From positions 124,001 to 188,000 of the forward strand of contig JAAILG010000007.1 of NCBI GenBank assembly GCA_012026655.1: DNA of 64,000 nt. Direction: 5' to 3'. Positions 59,233 to 64,000 of the stretch are shown here, piece after piece. A model generated the notes under the pieces. The model made no database searches, was not told where the DNA came from, and was given only the letters and a program-made list of their open reading frames with translations. A program made the translations under genes and the position numbers. This DNA comes from Hydrolagus affinis. Its lineage: Eukaryota. Every line of letters begins with the position of its first letter. The stretch's first letter is position 1.

Positions 59233-59316
59233 TGGCCAAGGTTCCTTTGAAAGCACCTGAAGAAGTACCGAAACCAGTCCCTGCCTCAAGGAAGGAAGAG
59301 GTCGCTCCAGTTAAAG
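59233..59316 (+). CDS. ttn: Titin PEVK exon (84 nt)
   Basis: VAKVPLKAPEEVPKPVPASRKEEVAPVK. Confidence 0.87.
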
Positions 59317-59774
59317 GTAAACAATTTTAAAAAAAGACTGCACAAACATTAATACTGCCTACCAAGGCTCCCTCATACTGATCTTCTTTAATCATAGTTA
59401 GTCCATTGCCATCTGCAAAATTTAATTGACTTGATGAGTATTTACGAGATTGTTTTGCATCAAACTGCATTGGAAAAGCAAACAAATAGAATAATTGTGA
59501 AGATGGTAAATTTAAAATAAGATGCAATGAGAAGTATTTGCATATATTCAGCATCCTAATAGCTAATACAATGAAATCTTGATACAGAGGGGACATCATT
59601 CAGTCGTGGTGAATTGTAGGCGCATGGTTTGGGATTTAAGAATGATGTGCTGAAAACCGACTGTTACTTTGTGTTAGTTTTGTTCATCATGTGTGCACTT
59701 CATGTTGTCCAATGTGGTTTTCAAATCGCTTCAACAATTGAGTCTGATTCTTGAATTGCTAATGTTCTTTAAAG

Positions 59775-59858
59775 TGCCAGAGATCCGTAAGAAGCCAATC
59801 GTTGAAGAAAAGAAGTCAATTACTGTTCAAAGAAAAGAGGAAGTCATCATAGTTGCAG
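59775..59858 (+). CDS. ttn: Titin PEVK exon (84 nt)
   Basis: VPEIRKKPIVEEKKSITVQRKEEVIIVA. Confidence 0.85.
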
Positions 59859-60435
59859 GTATAGAAAAAATGCAGAAGAACTTTATACTCTCAGTCTTGC
59901 TGCAGAATTTATGTTTGTAGCATTATAGAGAAATCTACTTCTGCTTTTTATTGCTTTCTTGTGATTCCTAGCCAGACACAGTTTCTGGTGCTGTTTGTTA
60001 AAGTGCTTCTTTTCTGTGATGTTTTGTTGTGTTGCAAAACTAATGTTTTATGTTAAGCTTCAGGTCTGTGTGTGCTGTCATAACTGTAACTTCCAGGGTG
60101 GGTGGGGGAGAGGGAGCTTAACCTTTGCAGTTACGGTATTAACATTTGTGAAGTTAAATTTGCAAATTTCAATTTAAACAGACTTTTTTTAAAAAAAATT
60201 ACCGGCAAAACTGGTAAATAACAATTTGAGTTGTGTTGGCAAAAGGATTCTGTCAATACAATTCATATGGTGTGGTTTTAATATCAAATAGATTATTTAC
60301 CAGTATTACACAGTTGTGTGGTTGTTCTGTTTGTCTTGTGTGTCTCTTCTTACCCTGATTGTTGTTTCTAAGCATCATTGCTGTTTTATTGGAGTAAGTC
60401 TCGTCTTTATAAAATCGTGCACTTTAAACACCCAG

Positions 60436-60513
60436 CTCCTCATAAGAAGCCAGTTGTTGAAGAACCTAAACCAGTTTCTGTGCTAAGAAAAGAAGAGGTC
60501 ACTGAAGTACAAG
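60436..60513 (+). CDS. ttn: Titin PEVK exon with shifted acceptor (78 nt)
   Basis: ctttaaac(AG lost)acccag|APHKKPVVEEPKPVSVLRKEEVTEVQ|gtaca. Confidence 0.65.
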
Positions 60514-61408
60514 GTACAAAATTTGCAGAGAATTTCATGTGTTCAATGTAGTTGCTGCATTCTTGCCACATGTTACATTCTTATCTCACCATTTTACTGT
60601 AAACCATGTCTGTTTTCCATGTTTGGCCCATACAGAATAATCAGAACCTTGTTTCTGGTGCAGTGTGCAATCAAAGTGCTATTTGTCTTCTCTATATTGA
60701 AGTCAAAGCACAACATTCACACTAAACCCTGAATGTGCCCTGTCTGTAACACTGTAGTGTCATAACTTGTTTTATGGCAGTATGTAGCATCGAAACCATC
60801 AAAACAGTAGCCCCGTCGTGATTTTACATCAAGGATGTTTCAGCGTTTTATTGAAATGATCATTTGAGTTTGGAGTTCTGAACCTTTATTGAAATTAATA
60901 TAAATTTGATGGAACAAAATTGAGATCTGAGAATTTCCTTCTTCCATTTCCTCCCCCTCCTAAGCTGAAGGTGTTAATTTGTCCGAGGATACAATTCCAA
61001 AAGCATTGACTCCCATTTGAAACCTTGTTGAAGTAAAATAATTTTTCACATGTGATGCCTGACAATGATTGTCCAGATCACATAGCAAGAATTGTCATGG
61101 GGGCAGATGTGGTCAAAGCGAATTCCAACACCGGCTTCACTCATGATTTGTTGAATTGGTAAAATCAAAATGATGTTGGCTGATTTATTCAAAGATCCCC
61201 ATTATTAACTGCTACTGTTTTGTTGTCAAAATGAAGATATTGCCCTTTTTGTTACCAATTGTCTTTGTTAAGTGACCTCATCACTTTGTGTTTGTTAAGT
61301 GTATCGGGTTCATGTGTTTGTTCTGTCTTAATTACTTTGAAACCATTCGGGAATTGCTTGCGCTTTCTTGAATGATTTGTATCTTAAACAAAATAATATT
61401 CTTCAAAG

Positions 61409-61492
61409 TGGCGGAGTATCACGAAGAGTTTTATGCAGAAGAATATCAAGAAGTCATCGTTCAAAGCAGAGAGGAAGTTTCTTCAGTGAAAG
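61409..61492 (+). CDS. ttn: Titin PEVK E/Y-rich exon (84 nt)
   Basis: cttcaaag|VAEYHEEFYAEEYQEVIVQSREEVSSVK|gtata. Confidence 0.85.
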
Positions 61493-62095
61493 GTATAAAA
61501 TACCCAGGATTTCCTGTCAGCTTTTTAACTGCACCACTTTCTTACTGTTGGGAGTGAAAATAATCTCTTGAATGGTGCTTCTTCTTATCCAAACATTATT
61601 TGTTGTCTCTGCATTTGTCTATTATTGTGTGTTCATTTACTCTGACATCCAGATTATCTTTGAAGTTTGCATACACCATAAGTGCTATAATGCCACTAGC
61701 CTTATCTATTAGGCTAATAAAAATAATAACTTTTAATATAGCAACACACTGTCAATTAGAAGATGACTTGTAGCAGTTATTTAATGTATTACTAAACCAT
61801 CAAAACTGGAATCATTTGCTGACGTGATCATTGCATTTACTAAATTAACTGTATAAATAGTGGGAAAATAATTCATTTACAGCAAATGATATTGAGATAA
61901 ATAATCAATTACTGCAGAAATATCTTGATTTTTACCAGTTACTGCACATTGGCAACAATTGACAAGTACAGGTTCAGGAATTTCATTGAGAAATAGTACT
62001 TTGTGCTGGTCATATAGGTTTCATATCATCTTCATATATTGAAATATTCTAAAAACTGAACGAACCTTATCTTAAAATAATATTGTTCTTTGAAG

Positions 62096-62173
62096 TGCCA
62101 GTGCCTTCTAAGAAGCTGGTAGCTGAAGAAGAGAAACTAGTCACTCTAACGAGAAAAACCACTGCTGTAAAAG
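62096..62173 (+). CDS. ttn: Titin PEVK exon (78 nt)
   Basis: VPVPSKKLVAEEEKLVTLTRKTTAVK. Confidence 0.83.
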
Positions 62174-62721
62174 GTAAAAGGATTTCCTAGGCATATTTGT
62201 ACTTACCATACATTCCAGCTGAAAACATTTCATTTGTAACCCATTACACAGCTCTGGCACTTATTCAATGCAACATCCTCCTCCATATTCATTCACCTAA
62301 TTGTGCTACTCTTCTATGTTTGGTTTCAATTCATGTGCGTTGTTCATGCTTTTCCAACAATAGCCTTTTTATATTGTATGAAAGAAACAAGTATTCCTTG
62401 TCAAATAGCATGCAACTAATTTAAAGGAGATTTGATCTTATAGTAACTAAAAATTATACAGATGACACAGAAAAAATTAACACGTAAATAATTATATTAT
62501 TTAATGGTTGCAGAAATGTGCCCACTATTGCTAATTGCTCAATCATGAGTTACATCACATCAAGGGCTTTCAGTTTTAATTATATTTTTTCAAGAATGGA
62601 TGTCATGTTGTACTAGTTTTGTCTATTGTGTGCTTTTATGTGTTGCCTTGGTTTGTCTAAATGGCTTCAATCTGAACTGTCCTGAATGTATCTCATCTTA
62701 AACCAATAATCTTCTTTGAAG

Positions 62722-62802
62722 TGCCAGAGGTCGCTAAGAAACCAGTTCCTGATAAACCTAAACTAGTTCCTGTGCCAAAGAAAGAAGCTGAACCAGCCAA
62801 AG
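62722..62802 (+). CDS. ttn: Titin PEVK exon (81 nt)
   Basis: VPEVAKKPVPDKPKLVPVPKKEAEPAK. Confidence 0.9.
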
Positions 62803-62971
62803 GTACAACTACACACTCGGATTGATCTAAATCTCGTATTGTGCCATCTTTGCCAAGTTTCTACACTCATAGTCTTTACATCAATCATAGCCAGAAATGA
62901 TCTTCTGGTGCTTCTTTCATTCTTGCCATTCATATCACTATCTTTCCCTGTGTTTGTTTGTTGTCATGTGC

Positions 62972-63646
62972 AGCTCTGCCTTCCCTCACCTCCGCAACGT
63001 TGCCCGACTCCGCCACAATCTCACCCCTCAGGCCGCTGAAACCCTCATTCATGCCTTCATCACAACCGGGCTCGACTATGCCAATGCCCTGCTTGTCGGC
63101 CTTCCCAATTCCTCCCTCCATAAGCTGCAACTCATCCAGAACTTGGTGGCCCGTGTCCTCTATCGCTCCAAGCTTGGTGACCCCATCTCCCCCATTCTCG
63201 CCTGACTCCGTCGGCTCCCCATCACCCAGAGGATTCAATTCAAGATCCTGCTGTTCACCTTCAAAGCCCTCCATGGCCTCACCCCACCCTACCTTTGTAA
63301 CCTTCTAACCCCTTAATAACCTGCCCGCTTCCTCTGCTCAGCAGCCTCCGGCCTGCTCCATGTCCCCCGACCCACCCGCCCCACCATATACCGGCGAGGC
63401 TTCAGCCACTCTGCCCCCAACCTATGGAATTCCAGAGTCCCTCCACTTCACCTCTTCCTAGCCTCCTTCAAGTCCAGCCTCAAGACCCTCCTTTTCGACG
63501 GTGCCATTGGTCACCTAAATCCTCTCCTTTCGTTCCACCTTCCCCGATCCTGACCCCCAGCTCGCGTCTGAAACATTGATTGTCCGGTGCTTTGGGACGT
63601 CCTCCCAATGTGAAAGGCGCTATACAAATGTAATTTTGTTGTTGTT
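62972..63646 (+). mobile_element. L2-type LINE, 5'-truncated (ORF2 C-terminus plus 3' UTR and tail)
   Basis: AFPHLRNVARLRHNLTPQAAETLIHAFITTGLDYANALLVGLP...LQLIQNLVARVL...RIQFKILLFTFKALHG; tail 'gtgaaaggcgctatacaaatgtaattttgttgttgtt'. Confidence 0.9.
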
Positions 63647-63767
63647 AATTGCCAGTTATTCATTTGTCATCATTGTTCATCTAATCACATTGTCATCCAG
63701 TTGTTCAAATTTGTTACGTGGACTTTTATGAAATAATCTAATGTTAAGACAATAATCTTCTTTAAAG

Positions 63768-63848
63768 TGCCAGAGGTCGCTAAGAAACCAGCTCCTGACA
63801 AACCTAAACCAGTTATTGTGCCAAAGAAAGAAGCTGAACCAGCCAAAG
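63768..63848 (+). CDS. ttn: Titin PEVK exon (81 nt)
   Basis: VPEVAKKPAPDKPKPVIVPKKEAEPAK; paralogue of 62722-62802. Confidence 0.9.
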
Positions 63849-64000
63849 GTACAAAACTACACACACGGATTGATATAAATCTCGTATTGTGCCATCTTTT
63901 TTCTTTTCATGATAAGTAACACAAGTTTCTATGTTCATAGTCTTTTCATCAATCATAGCCAGAAACCATATTCTGGTGCTTCTTGTCATTGTTACCATTC

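Larger units (their letters stand above)
1..64000 (+). other. ttn: Titin gene, internal portion (middle I-band tandem Ig, N2A, proximal PEVK); continues beyond both window ends
   Basis: Tandem I-set Ig exons (EPPxF...W.K...D.G.Y.C...N..G), diagnostic N2A sequence (KVGGDPIPNVKW, ELLRNVDPKEYEKYARM.GITDFRGLL, INYPEIKLSWYKG) and 26-28 aa PPAK-type PEVK exons, all frame-compatible GT-AG exons. Confidence 0.99.

Noticed and set aside
33197-63848. Regularly recurring ~84-nt direct repeats separated by variable spacers (superficially CRISPR-like)
   Set aside because: They are spliceosomal PEVK exons with AG/GT boundaries and open phase-1 frames; the spacers are 0.2-1.5 kb introns; there are no cas genes and the context is vertebrate.
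26518-64000. Internal (Cronos-like) promoter or Novex/N2B-type alternative exons
   Set aside because: N2B/Novex exons lie upstream of the middle Ig segment and Cronos lies downstream of PEVK in characterised titins; I saw no long unique ORF, CpG island or promoter signature here.

Overview
Eukaryotic genomic DNA: an internal 64-kb stretch of the titin (ttn) gene on the + strand from a cartilaginous fish. The SINE/LINE complement suggests a chimaera/elephant-shark-like genome; that assignment is an inference. I read about 91 exons directly from splice sites. (i) 1-22551: 37 one-exon-one-domain phase-1 Ig exons of the differentially spliced middle I-band. They form four complete 6-domain super-repeats (classes B,C,D,E,F,A), one 10-domain super-repeat (B,C,D,E,F,A,G,H,I,J), then the I78- and I79-like domains. 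(ii) 23444-26384: the N2A element (I80, UN2A insertion, I81, I82, I83). (iii) 26491-63848: about 46 short phase-1 PEVK-region exons (27-90 nt, mostly 84 nt), including a ~1.5-kb x5 and a 336-bp x3 tandem amplification. Introns hold tRNA-derived/Deu-domain SINEs, L2 and CR1 LINE fragments and a Penelope-type remnant. Most noteworthy: a fossil pair of Ig pseudo-exons in the intron before I78; a super-repeat composition that differs from human titin; a frame-shifting PEVK exon copy; PEVK exons with shifted acceptors; a UCUU-rich non-YAG acceptor signature; mosaic gene conversion in the arrays; and a degenerate hammerhead-ribozyme motif on the antisense strand. There is no prokaryotic-type system such as CRISPR.
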